From assembly GCA_977017575.1 (NCBI GenBank), contig CDRNVI010000148.1, forward strand, positions 248,001-312,000: a stretch of DNA of 64,000 nucleotides, written 5' to 3'. The stretch is from Paramoeba atlantica (lineage: Eukaryota; Protista; Discosea). Each line of letters opens with the position of its first letter. Position 1 is the stretch's first letter. The translations under genes and the position numbers were made by a program. Below, piece by piece: positions 26,101-38,596 of this stretch. The notes beneath the pieces are model-generated. The model was not told where the DNA came from and made no database searches. It was given only the letters and a program-made list of their open reading frames with translations.

Positions 26101-27695
26101 TTTATTTGTTTTGTTTTGTTTGTTTGTTCTTCTCTCTTTATGTTTTTGTTGTTGTTCTTCTCTTCTCTTCTCTTCTCTTTCTTTTCTTTCAATATTAATG
26201 GTGATCAAAAAGGATCGATCACAAACGCAATTTAAAGGTTATGAACAATCTCAATCAGAACCAACAGAAGCAAAACTAGAACAAAAGGTCTTTTATTTTT
26301 ATTTTTTATTTTTTTTATTTTTTATTATTTTATTATTTTATTATTTTATTATTTTATTATTTTATTATTTATTTTATTTTATTATTTATTTTATTTTATT
26401 TATTAAATTGAAAAATATTTTCTTCTCTCTTTCTCTTTCTCTTTCTAGGTTCGTTTCCTCACAGAAGCTCTTTCCCGAACCAAATCGGATCTCTCTCTTC
26501 TCCAAAAAGAAAAAGAAAGTCTCTCAGAACTTTTAACCGCTCGAAATCAATTAATTGAAGAAGTATCCGAAAAGAAAACAAAATATAAGAAAATGTATTT
26601 GATGTTGAGAGATAAAGAGAAGGGAGAGAGGGGAGAGAGAGAGGAGGAGAGAGAGAGGGAGGAGAGAGAGAGAGAAGAAAGAGAGAGGGAGAGAGAAGAG
26701 AAAGAAAGTGTGGAGGTTCGAGAACTGAGAGCAGAATTGGATTTAAAATCATTACAAATATTGAAATTGAAGAATGAAAATGAGAGAATGACGAGAACAA
26801 GACAAAATTCTGTTTTAAAGAGAGTTGAAGAGGATTTGGAAGAGAAAGAGAGAAAGAAGAGACATGAGAATGAGGAAAGAGAGAGGATTAGGAGACAAGA
26901 TTTCGAAGAGAAAGAGAGGAAGAAGAGAGAGAGTTTTCAACAGAAACATGATTTTCATAAGATGGAGCATCGTGTGGCTGAAATTCAACACAATCATAAA
27001 GAGAAAGAGAAGGAGAGAGAGAAAGCAAGACAAGAAAGAGAGGAAAGAGAGGAAAGGGAAGAGAGGGAAGAAAGAGAAGAAAGAGAAGAAGAAGAAGAAG
27101 AGAGAGAGAGGGCGTTATTAGAGATGACAGAAATGTATGAAGATTTAAAAATGAAACACTTTTTTGTTCTTGGTTGGTCTATTAAATCTGAATTGTTGAA
27201 TTCGAGAAAGTATTGTAATGTTAAGATTGAGAGTTTGTATGATCATGCGAAGTTTTTGCCTATTGATCAGGTTTTGTTTTTTTTATTGTTTATTATTATT
27301 ATTATTTATTTATTATTATTTTATTGTTATTATTGTTATTATTCTTATCCTCTTCTTTTTCAAAATATTATCTCCAAAGAATGAATTTCAGGAGCAACAA
27401 ATTAATATCCATCAAAAATAATCAATATCTTTAATATTTTTATTCATTTTTCAATATTCAATATTAAAGATTAAATATTAAAGATGGAAGAAGATTAAAT
27501 ATTAAATATTAAAGATTAAAAATTAAATATTAAATATTAAAAATCTCAATAAAAAAAAAATAGTGGGCAGCATGGATACGTCTGCAACTCGAAAATGGAG
27601 ATCCATCAGCCATACCTCCTTCAACTCCAGTGAGAGAAAAACATGAGAAACAAATGGAAAATTTGAGAAAGAAACAGCAACAAAGAAGGAGATAG
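23128..27695 (+). CDS. PH-domain protein with long E/R/K charged helical region, multi-exon
   Basis: LKAYLLKQGDKGLIRRWKKR|WFVQ..ITYF..PLGSISI|..FDIEVGERIYHLSS|..WVERLNE, then ERE/EKE-rich exons. C-terminal KHFFVLGWSIK..CNVKIESLYD..|WAAWIR..RRR*. Internal exon boundaries are approximate. Confidence 0.8.
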
Positions 27696-27980
27696 AGGAG
27701 GAGAGAGAGGGAGAGCGAAAGAGAGGGAGAAAAGAGAGAGAGAGAGAAAAGAGATCTTTTCATCACACACACACAAAAATATTATTTGTAAAATGAAACA
27801 AAAAAATAATTATTTCAATTTTTTTTTTTTTTGAAATTTATTCCATCACCAATTTTAAAGAATGAAAAAATAATATTGATTTTATTTCTTCTAAAAAGAA
27901 TGAAATAAAAAAAGAAATAAATAATAGTTTTGATATTTTAATATTAATTTTTCTATTTTTCATTACAACATAATTTCAAA

Positions 27981-28477
27981 TCAACTTTTTGCAGGTTTAA
28001 TCATCGCAGGAAAGAGAGTACTCTCAATTGCTTCAACCCACTCATCTCTTTCTTTTTCACTTATGCAAAAGAAACGAAAGGATCTTTTTTCAGTTTTCAA
28101 AACGAAAATGTAATTCACATTTTCTTTTGTGGATCTTTCTTGTTTTTCTATTCCCAAAAGATCCTTGGGAGAAAAAAGTTGTCAACATTTTTTTTAACAG
28201 CACAAAACCAAAACATACCAAACCAAACTACATAACAACAAAACAAAACAACATCTTTTCTTTTCTCTTTTCACATTCTCTCTCTCTCCCTTTCTCCTCT
28301 CTCTCTCTCTTTTCCAAATAAAACAGGAAAAAAACCTGTTGAGAAATAACACTCTCAGGCAAACGCCCACCCCTTAAAGAAGAAGAAGAGCAAGAACAAG
28401 AGCAAGAACAAGAAGAAGAAGAAGAAGGAGATTTGAAAAAATTTGAACCGAAATAACAGAAAGAACCAGAAGAAGAA

Positions 28478-28533
<56 letters not shown>

Positions 28534-28755
28534 ACAAGAACAAGAAGGACAAGAAGAAGAAGAGACAGAAGAAGAAGGAGAGAGAGAAGAAGAAGAAGAC
28601 AAAATACACCATCTGTCGATCTTCACCCGCCATTTCCCTCTCCCTTCCAAGCGAAGCCATCCTTCTTTTTCGATTTCATTTCTTCTCTTTTTTTCTTTTT
28701 CTTTTTTTTTTTCTTCTTCTTTTTCTTCTTCTTTTTCTTCTTCTCTCAATTCCAT
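27981..28755 (-). CDS. PH-domain protein with Ser/Cys-rich loop insertion, C-terminus MIKPAKS*
   Basis: Exon 1 (28755-28336): IEKEGWLRLEGRGKWRVKIDRWCIL-[poly-S]-GSFCYF. Exon 2 (28163-27981): DLLGIEK..NYIFVLKTEKRSFRFFCISEKERDEWVEAIESTLFPAMIKPAKS*. The start may lie further upstream. Confidence 0.8.
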
Positions 28756-29008
28756 TTTTTCTTCTCTCTCTTCTTTTTCTTTCTCTTTCCTTCTTCTCTC
28801 TCTTCCTTTCTTTTCGCTTTTTCGTGGTCTCGAAAAAGCGTTTTTTTGGGTGGCGCGTTTTTTTCTCCTTTTTGGTTTCCCCTTTTTCTTCCAACACTCC
28901 TTTCTTTTCTTCTTTCTTTTCTTCTTTCTTTTCTTCTTTTCCTTTTCTTTCCTCTTCTCCTTTCTTCTTCTTCTTTCTCCTTTCTTCTTCTTCTTTTTCT
29001 CACTCGAG

Positions 29009-29145
29009 ATGGATAACCTTCAAAGAGAAAGAGAGAGAGAAAGAGAGGGAGAAAGAGATCTTGTTGGGTTGTTTTTAGAAGAGAAGAAAGAACAGAGAAG
29101 AGAATACCAACTAAAAAGAGAGATTGATGAAGAGATAAAGAAAGA

Positions 29146-29176
<31 letters not shown>

Positions 29177-30559
29177 GAGAAGAGAGAGAGGAGCCGGGAA
29201 GAGAGAGAGAGGAAAGAGAGGAGAGAGAGAGGGAATTTGTTGAGAGAGGGGAATAAGATAAGTTATTTGATTTTGGAGGATTTTGAGAAAGGAAAGAGAG
29301 AGGGAGAGAGAGAGGGAGAGAGAGAGAGGGAGAGAGAGGAGAGAGAGAGGAGGGAAGAGAGAGAGAGAGAGAGGGAGAGAGAGAGGGGGAGAGAGAAGAG
29401 AGAGAGAGAGAAGAGAGAGAGAGTTGTTTCTGTTGATGATCTTTGGAGTCAGCAAAAGAAGAAAGTGGAAGAGAGAGTGGAGAGAGAGAAGAGAGAGCGT
29501 CTCTTTTCTTGGACTGAAGTGAATCAGAGAAGAGAGGAGAGAGAGAAGGGAGAGAGAGAGGGAAGAGAGAGAGGAGAGGGGAAAGAGAGAGGAGAGAGAG
29601 GAGAGAAAGAGAGAGAAGGGAGAGAGAGAGAAGGGAGAGAGAGAGGAGGAGAGAGAGGAGAGAAAGAGAGAGAAGAAAAAGGAGAAGGGGTGCTTGACCC
29701 TGTGGCTTTGTCTTGGGCAGATTTAGTGGAAGAGAAGAAGAGGAGTAGAGAAGAGAGAGAGAAGAGAAAGAGGGAAAGAAAAAGAGAAGAAACAGTGAGA
29801 GAGAGAAAAGAGAGAGAGAAAGAGATGATGAGAAAAGAGAAAGAAAGAGTGATGAGTGTTGATAATTTGTGGGAGAAAGAGAAGAGAGGAGTAGAAGAGA
29901 AAGTGAAAGAGAAAGAGAGAGATTTTGAGAGAGAGAGAAGAGAACTGAAAAGAAAAGAGAGAGAGAAAGAGAGAGAGAGGGGAGAAGATGATGATGAAGA
30001 AGAAGAGATGGAAAGAGGTTTGTGGGAGAGATATAAAGAAAGACAAGAATGGAAAGAAGAAAGTTCGAAAAGAGATCAAATAAGAAGAGAAGAGAGAGAG
30101 AGAGAAGAAGAGAGAGAAAAGAGAGAGATGAGAAGAGAAATGGAGAGAGAAGGCTGGGGTCCGAGTGGGAGTGAAAGGAGAGAAAGAAAAGAAGAAGAGA
30201 GAGAAAAGAGAGAGATTCACTCGAGAGAAAGAGGAATGTGGGAAAGATATTCAGAAAGAGAAGATTGGAGAGAAGAAAAGAAAGAGAAGAGAGAAAGAAA
30301 AGAGAAGAGAAAGAAAGAGGAGAAGAATCAAGAGAAAAGAGAGAACAGAGAGAACAAAGAGAAAGAGAATTGAGAGAAAAGAGAGCAGAAAGAGAAATGA
30401 AAAGTGAAAGAGAAATAAAGAGAGAGAGAGAAATGAGAGAGAGAGAAGGGAGAGAGGAAGAAAGAAGAGAGGTTGGAGGGTTTGGTTTCTCTCAAGAAGA
30501 GAGAGAGAGAAGAAAAGCAAGAAGAATTGAGAGAGAAAAGAGAGATCAAGAGAGAGAAA

Positions 30560-30590
<31 letters not shown>

Positions 30591-30684
30591 AGAGAGAGAA
30601 ATCGAAGCAAAAGAAGAGAGTTTATGGGAAAGAGATCAAGAAAGAAGAGAATGGAGAGAAGAGATGGAAAAGAGAGAGAATATC

Positions 30685-30715
<31 letters not shown>

Positions 30716-33700
30716 CAATGGAACCAAGTATTTATTTAGAACTTGTAAAGAGAGAGAGAGAAGAGAGAGAGAAAATGGAAAGGAGAGAAGTAGAAGAGAG
30801 TGAAGAAGAGAAGAGAAGAAGAAAGATGAGAAAAGAACTGGAAATTCATAGAGAAAAAGAAAAAGAAAGAGAGGAAGAAAAGAGACGAATTTTGGAAGAG
30901 AGAGAGAGAATAAAAGAGAGAGAGAGAGAGAGAGAGAAGGAGAGAGGAATTGAGAAAAGAGATTGAGGCAGAAGAGGCAGAAAGAAAAGTAACAGAGATG
31001 ATTCTTGAGAGAAAGAGAGAAGAAGAAGAGAGAGAAGATAGAGAGAAGGAAAAGAAAATCCTTGCACAACAAATTGAACTTGAAAACAAAAGAAGAAGAG
31101 AAGAAGAGGGAGGAGAAGAGAGAGAAAGAAAGAGAAGAGAGGTGGAGAAAAAGAGACAAGAATTGGAGAGACAATTAGAAGAAGAGAGAAGAAAGAGAGG
31201 GCCTCTTGGAGAGAAAAAGAGAGAAAGAATCGAAGAATTAGAGCATTTTACCTCCCAACTTCTCGAAGAAGAAGAGAAAGAGAGAGAGAGAGAAAGGAAA
31301 GAAGAAAAGGAAAGAGGGGGGGGATTGTGGGGAGAGGAAGAGGAGAAGAAAGAGAGAGGGGGAGAGAGAGAGGAATGGAGAGAGATTGAGAGAGAGGAAA
31401 GAGAAAGAGAGAGAGAAATAGAAAGAAAAAGAGAAGAAAGAGAGAGAGAGAGAGAAGCAGAGAAAGAAAGATGGAGAGAAAAAGAAAGAAAGGAAGAAAA
31501 AGAAAAGAAAAAGAAAAAGGTCTCAAAAGAAATGTTCGAAAAGCTCCAAAATCTGAAAAGAGAAAAAGAAGACAAAGAAAAAAAATTCGAAAAAGAGAAA
31601 GAAAAGAGACAGGAACTCCAAAAAAGTTATGAAAATGAACTCCAAAAAGAGAAGCAAAGAGAGAGAGAAAATAGAGACGAAAATTATGAAAGAAGGAGAA
31701 AGAAAGAAGACTTTTCAGTTCAAGAAATGGAAAAATTGTGGAAAAAAGAAAAAAAAGAAGCAGAAAAAAGAGCCAAAGAAAACAGTAATCTTCCTCTTTT
31801 TCCTCCTCCTTCAACGAGAAAATTAGAATTCAAAAGAGAGAAGAAGAGAAGAGAGGAAATGGAGAAAGAAATAGTGAGAAAGGTGGAAGAGAAGAGAAAT
31901 GAAAAGAGACAATTTTGGGAGATGTATGAGAACACTCTTACTGAGAAGGCAAAAGAGAAGATGGGGGAAGAGAGTGGTGAAGAAGAAGAGGAGAGAGAAA
32001 GAAAGAAGAGAAGAGTGAGAAAGGAAAAGAAGAGAGAATATTCTGAGGAAGAGAGGAGAGAAAGAGAGAGAATCGAAAGAGAAAGAGAGAGAGAAAGAGA
32101 AAAGAAAGAAAAGAGAGAGAAAAAAGAGAGGATTGAGAGAGCGGCCGACACAGGAGAGAATTTTTCTTCTTCTTCTTCTTCTCTTTCTTCTCTCTTTCCA
32201 AATCTATTATCACCACAACAACAATTACTATTATCACAACAACAACAATTGTTATTATCACAACAACAACAACTTTTACCACAACAACAACAAACACCAA
32301 TTCTGAGTGTTGAACAATTTCTTTCCCAACCACAACAACTCGACCCTTTCGACCAACCCGATCCAAACCAACAACAACTCCTTCAACTCCAACAACTCCA
32401 ACAACTCCAACAACTCCAACAGCTCCAACAGCTCCAACAACTTCAACAACAACAACAACAACAAAAAGAACAAGATCAACCACGTGACCAACAAGAACTT
32501 CTCCAAATGTTGGTTGAAGCACAAGAGGAAAAGGAGAAGGAAGAAGAAGAAGAAGAAGAAGAAGAAGAAGAAGAAGAGAGAAAAGAAGAAAGAGGAGATT
32601 GGCAACACGAAGCAGATGCTTGGCAAGAAGAATCAGAACAAAGCGGAGAAGAAAATACAGAAGAGAAAAGAAGAAAAAGAGAAGAAGCAAAGAAATCATG
32701 GATGGAAGAAGATTGGAAAGGACAAAACGAAGAAGAAGCTCTCTGTTTCTGTTGTTATCGCTCTTCGGTCCTCACTCCTCTCACAATCTTTGGCATTCTC
32801 TCTCTCTTTATCGGAATCGCAGGGATGATAGAAGGAATCTCTCTCTCCCAAAAAGAAAAAACTCTCTATTCTCTCACCTTTGTCTTCGCAAATGGGATCG
32901 AATTCTATTTCATTGTCTTCTTCATGCTTTGTTATTTGTTGTTAATGCTCGCCAATATCATCCGAAAAAGCCGAGTCTTTCTTGTTGAAATTGCAGCTGT
33001 ATGGGGAATGATTTGTTTGTTTTTATGTGGAGGTGTTTTTTTCTTTGCTACATGGGTTCCTTTTGTTGCGTGGGAAGAGAATGAGAACAAAAATGAAATG
33101 TGTTCTCAAAATGTGCGATATGGTGTCTTTTGTGATGGTCTTCAATGGATCCAAATTGGCGCTCTCTCTTTCTTGTTGGGGACTTTGGTTTTGCAACCTC
33201 TTCAACTCTTTCATTTGCATTTGACTCTTCCGCTCTCGGATGGGCAACAACCTGAACTTGGGGAGGAGGGTGAAGAAGAGAGAGAAGGAGAAGTAGAAGT
33301 AGAAGTAGAAGGAGAAGAGAAAGGAGAAGAAAAAGGAGAAGAAAAGAGTCTATCGGTTCAGCCTCTGGTGCAAGAGTTGACGTTCTTTTCCGAACAAGTA
33401 GTCCTTGATGAAGAGAAAAGAGACCAAAATCGATTTCGAGCTTCAACAATGATCACTTTCAGATTTGTCCATGTTTTTCTTCTTCTCCTCCAATTATTTG
33501 ATTACTTCCCTTTGTCATTGGCGATCTATCGTCAAGTCAACCGGCCGATTGAACGAAATTACGAGATTGGCGTTGGTCTTTTCTTAGTTTGGTGTTATTT
33601 TTTGATTCTTTGTCGTCTTTTTGTTTCCGCTCTCCTTTTAGTTGATCATTCTCATCGATTGTTGAATTTTTTGGGTCTAACCTTACTCGAAATGCTCTCA

Positions 33701-33907
33701 ATCTTCTCTCTTGGAGTCTTATCTTTTGTTGGGGGAGGTTGCCATCTCCTAATTGCCCCCGAAGCTGAAAATCTGTGCTCCAGCAATAATTGGATTCTTT
33801 TTCCTGCTGTGATTCTTTTTGTGCTTTTGGCGGTTGATCATGCGTTGGGTCTGGTGTCTGTTGGGTATGGCGCTTCGAGTTCTCGAATTCAATATAGTGT
33901 TGTGTGA
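29009..33907 (+). CDS. Giant E/R/K-rich helical protein with polyQ and two C-terminal 4-TM (MARVEL-like) modules; two apparent frameshifts
   Basis: ORFs 28850-30373, 30238-30966 and 30950-33907 overlap in the same charged composition and switch frame within GA microsatellite. The C-terminus has two hydrophobic 4-helix blocks, each with a Cys pair. Confidence 0.7.
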
Positions 33908-34030
33908 GTGGGGAATCGAAAATAGAATTTTGTGTCTTTTTTTTGGGGTGGGTTTTACACAGAATAAAATCTCAAAATTACTGTTCGTTCTAACAGTTTC
34001 ACAATCAATTTATTTGTTTTTTTAAAGTTA

Positions 34031-35791
34031 TTAGAAATCAGAGACCCAAGCCACTAAATCAAAAGTGGCAAAACCCGGTTTTCCAGGCCGAGATTCATCT
34101 GGAATGAAAGGAGAACCATAGACTCCAATATAGATGTTCCCTGAGTGTTCGAGTGGAGTGTAATAGCTAATCTGGTGAATGCCTTTATGAGTTTCTTTAT
34201 CAGAATAATCGTAAATTGACAAAGTTGGATACTCCTCAGCACATACAAAAACCCAAACTTCACCGATCGAGTTTCTTTCTTGAACTGTCAGTGAGAAGGC
34301 AGTTGAATGTTCCACATGGATTGAAAAGTAACGCCATTGGGTGTTTGTGACGTTGGAACCTTCAAATGGGATACCAGAAACGAGAGCGGTGGTTTTGATG
34401 GAACAATCGGCACCTGACCAACCATGATCACAAACACAGATTGGGTTGTTTGGTTGGCAGGAACCACGACCATTTGGAGAACAACCACAACTTGAAGTCG
34501 GCGTAATAGTCATCGCATACGTACATGAGTGCCACGCAAAGATCCCAATGTACCATTTCTCTCCATTGGGCTCTGGGATGACAACACGAACCAAGTTTCG
34601 GGAAAATGAATTATTCTGATAAGAAAATTTGGTTCGCGTTGGGGGTTCCTTCGCTCTCACATAGAGATCGCACGGATCTGTTCGATTGAATGTAATTACA
34701 AGAGAGTTTTCAGTATCACCATCGATGTGGTAGTCATTCCACGTATTATCGCCAACATATCCGGTCACCACTTGGTTTAATTGAAGAGATTCGGTGTATT
34801 CTCCGCACTCAATCCCAATGTACTTATCATTACAAGTACATATGCTTTGCGAACACCTTTGTCCGTGATTGCTGCAATTGTTTGGACAATCGTCTGGATT
34901 TGGAAGGAAGACCTCATTGAGAACAAGGTTGTAACGACACCCAGTATATCCGTAAACTCCTAAATAATAGGTTCCCCCAATGATGACTTCTGTTTGGCGA
35001 ATTGTCATAACATCTCCCATCGAAACATTCGCAAAATCCCAATCCCAGAGGCTCGGATAAGAATATTTTTTGACATACAGATCACAACCATCGCCACCCA
35101 CCGGATTTATTTTCGTCAGGACCCATTCAATGGCTTCAACTGTTGAAGTTTCCATGAAAGAATAATAATCCCAGTTTCGAGGTTCGACCAAGCTTTCATA
35201 AATTTGTCCAGTTAAAACTCGAGTTTCCTTGAGAGCACAATTTTCTCCATTATATCCAGAGTAGCAATGGCAAGCCCCTTGGACGCACATCCCATTATAT
35301 GAACAATCATCTGGACAAGCACCAAGAATCTCGACTGAAATCGCATAAGAGCAACCAAGATACCCATAAACGCCAGCATAGTAAGTCCCAGGCCTCACAT
35401 CCACAATTATAAGATGAAGGTTTTGAAGAGTTGATATATTTTGGGAGAGAAAGTTCGTACTCTCAGGGAGAGCTCCTTGTTCAACGTAAAGGTCGCAATC
35501 TTGTGTTTTGTCGTTCGTTGTTTGGTTCAACCACCAACTCATACTCACCCCAGAATGATGTAATTGGATCTGATAATATTTCCACTCAGTTTGCCGAACA
35601 GAGTTGGAGGCAGGAACACCTTCAATCAAAGGTTCGTCGTATACACTGCAATCATCTCCTTCGTAGTTGGCATGACAATCACAGACAGACCCTTTGCAAG
35701 TCCCATGGTTGTCGCAATTGAGTGGGCAATGACTCGATTTCACAATCCTTCCAAATGAATAAAGAGAGAGAAACAACAAAGCAAGTTGCAT
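34031..35791 (-). CDS. Secreted EGF-like/PPC (pre-peptidase C-terminal-like) repeat protein
   Basis: Signal peptide, then four tenascin-type EGF units (CPxxCxxxGxC..CxC..YxGxxC), each followed by a W.YY..D.DLY...GVYGY beta module. Intronless. Confidence 0.85.
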   Translation of the reverse strand: MQLALLFLSLYSFGRIVKSSHCPLNCDNHGTCKGSVCDCHANYEGDDCSVYDEPLIEGVPASNSVRQTEWKYYQIQLHHSGVSMSWWLNQTTNDKTQDCDLYVEQGALPESTNFLSQNISTLQNLHLIIVDVRPGTYYAGVYGYLGCSYAISVEILGACPDDCSYNGMCVQGACHCYSGYNGENCALKETRVLTGQIYESLVEPRNWDYYSFMETSTVEAIEWVLTKINPVGGDGCDLYVKKYSYPSLWDWDFANVSMGDVMTIRQTEVIIGGTYYLGVYGYTGCRYNLVLNEVFLPNPDDCPNNCSNHGQRCSQSICTCNDKYIGIECGEYTESLQLNQVVTGYVGDNTWNDYHIDGDTENSLVITFNRTDPCDLYVRAKEPPTRTKFSYQNNSFSRNLVRVVIPEPNGEKWYIGIFAWHSCTYAMTITPTSSCGCSPNGRGSCQPNNPICVCDHGWSGADCSIKTTALVSGIPFEGSNVTNTQWRYFSIHVEHSTAFSLTVQERNSIGEVWVFVCAEEYPTLSIYDYSDKETHKGIHQISYYTPLEHSGNIYIGVYGSPFIPDESRPGKPGFATFDLVAWVSDF

Positions 35792-36359
35792 TCTTCTGCA
35801 AGAAAGAAGCGACGGCTGCCAAAATCAAGGAAACTTATGAGTTCATTGCAATCAAAAAACGCACGAACCAGAACCAAAAAAAGACAAACCAATTTTTTCA
35901 ATTATTTGTTTTGCTTCTTCTTTCTTTCCACATATTATTGAAAGTTTTGAGGAAGAAGAATAAAAACCAACAGAGTGAAGAGAGCCGAGCTGTTGTGCGT
36001 CCTGAAGTTTGGGTGTCCTCTTATTTTTCTCGTTGTGTTCCTCAAACAGATTTGCCACGCCACAACCTCACAAAAGTTGTTTCAAGGGAGTTCTCTTTCA
36101 GGGTCATTGTGCTACTCCTCTCTGGTTTTCAGAGTCAAAAAAAAAAGAGAAAAAACAAAAACAAGGGACAACAAAGAAACAAGAAAACCAAAAAGATGGA
36201 AAAACAAACCGAAAAGGAGAAAAACAAACTCTTTTTATACTTATTTAGTATCGAAAGGTTTTATTTCCTCTCACAATTCTTGTTCCACAAAACGAATGAG
36301 TTGCCAAATTGTTCGAGAAATTCTGCAAGTTAAAGAGGTTTTTTCAGAAACAATCGAAT

Positions 36360-38320
36360 TCAAGGAAATGGACCAATTCCATAGAGACGAAGCATATCAC
36401 TTTGCCTCAAGATCCTTGTCTTCTGTTGAGTGCTATCGGAAAAGTAAACCTCACCACCATCCAAATTCTGTTTTTGTAAAAATCTTTGAGCCATATTGAA
36501 AGAAGCCAATGGCATATAACCTGGTACAGTATGTCCAGCTCCTTTGACAGTTGCATAAGTATATTGTTCAAATTGTTCAACATAACCAACTGTCGCTCCA
36601 TTCACAAACCAAGGGCCCCACTCTCTCCCAGAAATAGGGGTACCATCCAACTCCTGCAAACAAGTAGTTGTAAATTGACCAGGAACAGTCGCAACATCAA
36701 CATCACCACTGTACACGAAAATATGAACATCTGGTCTTTGACTGATCAATGTTTGATAGTAAGGGATCATTGATCCAGCATCCGGAATGTAAACGAGAAT
36801 GTCACACTCTTGCCATTCCCCACTTCGAGCAACTGGGGCATGCGCATGGAGAGCTGCTTGGACATCAGATCTGCTGAGGTAAGTTTGCAAAGCTTCGTCG
36901 CCAGTTGGTTCCTTTATCAAAAAAAGATTTTTTGTTTAGAGAAAGAAAAATAGAACAGAGAGAGAGAAAGAATGAAGAAAGGAGAAAGAATTACATTCTC
37001 TTCAAGAGAGGTGGCCCAATCCAAAGTACCATTTTCAGTGATAAAATCTTGGTACAAATCATCACTATCAAGTGAAGGTTGAGTTCCATTGAAGCTAAAA
37101 TCCCCAATTTCTTGCTAAATTTGTCCAACTTGATTTTCAGCTTCCTTGAAAAGATTGTTACATTGTTGGGAGGAAGTCTGGGCACAACCAATATTTTTGT
37201 TAACAAAATAAAGAAATAAAGAAATAAAATTGGACTTTCAATCGATAGAAAGAAAAAAAAATGGACCAGCTTCATTCCAGTTATCGATGGCTGATTGAGA
37301 AATAAGTTGATGCCAATAGTAAATATTGATTTGAACATTCTTTGACTTCAAAGAAGCGCAATCAAAAAGAGGGTTGCCATTCATGGTTCCTTAATAAGAA
37401 ATAAGAACAACAAAAAACAAAGAAATAATCAAAATCCAAAAAGCCTTGAATTCATAAAAGAAGAAAAATAAACCAGCAAATTGTTTGTAAATGTTCGAAT
37501 CTAGGTGATTGATAATTTGGGTCGACAACATTGGAATATAAACTCCGCCATAACTTTCACCAGCCAACCAAGCTTCACGACCAATAAAACGAGGATTTGC
37601 TTCCAAAAATCCCTCGACAAAGTTGAAATTGTCAGCAGCAGATTGGAAATCACCTTTTTTCACAAAAAAATCGAATTTTCTTCAGAAAAGAAATCATGGA
37701 AAGAGATGACAAAAATGAAAGGGGAACCTGTATGGTAATTATAGCCTTCCTCGCCACTGAAAGAGTAACCAACACCTGTTGGTTGTTCCAAAAAAACAAT
37801 ATTTGCAAAGGAATTCCAAGTCATGTCAGCCAAGTCAACAGTTCCATCAAGATTCACTCGAAAAGGACCATTCTCTTGAAAAAGACCACTCAAACCACTG
37901 CAACCTGTGAGAAAGAATTTTAATGAACCTTTGAAAAGTGTTTTTCTCAAAAAGAAAAGAACAAAGTAAAAGAGGGAAAACCTGGTCCTCCTTGGAACCA
38001 AAAGATGAGGGGATCGGAATCTGGGGTGGGTCCTTGACTTTCTGTCAACCAATAAAAATTGTTGCGTTGATGTGTGGTATTGACAACAACATACCCAGTC
38101 GAACTATTGAAGGGGAAGGGGTTTGGCCCAATGTAGTCTTAAAAAGAAAAAGTTTCAGTTTTTCTTGTCAGAAAGCGTGAAAAATTGAGAAAGATCGAAA
38201 TGGAAAACCAGGTAAAGTATCAGCAGTGACAGAAAAAGGACCACAAAAATCACAAGCACCACTGACAACTTCTCCCCACACCGCAAACACCACCACCAAG
38301 AGTGCAACAACCTTTGCCAT
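36360..38320 (-). CDS. Serine carboxypeptidase (peptidase S10), multi-exon
   Basis: Signal peptide MAKVVALLVVV; WFQGGP|GCSGLSGLFQENGPF; FLEQPTGVGYS; GESYGG nucleophile; YSGDVD; TVKGAGHTVP. Confidence 0.95.
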
Positions 38321-38503
38321 CAGAGGAAGTGTTGCACAAACAAAATTGGAAAAGACCAAAATAAAACACAACGGTTTTATTTGACCAAATAAGGAAAATA
38401 TTGATTTGTTTCCCTTCGAAGTTTTCTTTGCGTTTTTTCGCTCGGTTTTGGGGGGGAGTTTGTGGATTGGTTTGGTGCTTCACTTTGGTTGACGAAGATT
38501 CTA

Positions 38504-38569
38504 AGAGGAAAAGAACCTTTGATGACGATGTTTGAAAGATAAAAGCATTTTCAGGAGTTCCAAATCCAT
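38504..38569 (+). repeat. Left ~66-bp direct repeat
   Basis: AGAGGAAAAGAACCTTTGATGACGATGTTTGAAAGATAAAAGCATTTTCAGGAGTTCCAAATCCAT; matches 40361-40425 with one substitution and one indel. Confidence 0.95.
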
Positions 38570-38596
38570 AGGCCCTTTTTTCACCAGTTTTTTATT

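Noticed and set aside
30238-30966. Programmed ribosomal frameshifting in the giant charged protein
   Set aside because: The frame changes fall within GA microsatellite and no slippery heptamer plus structure is evident. Assembly indels are more likely.
24538-32699. Many long F/L/S-rich or R/K/E-rich ORFs in alternative frames and antisense
   Set aside because: These are shadows of GA/TC low-complexity sequence, which lacks stop codons. They show no domain signal.
36090-36112. U3 snoRNA box A-like TTTCAGGGTCATT
   Set aside because: The match is imperfect, and no downstream C', B, C or D boxes were found.
38250-38483. ORF KHQTNPQTPPQNRAKKRK as the remainder of a gene disrupted by the insert
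   Set aside because: It overlaps the carboxypeptidase signal-peptide exon in another frame and has no recognisable homology. It cannot be supported without transcripts.
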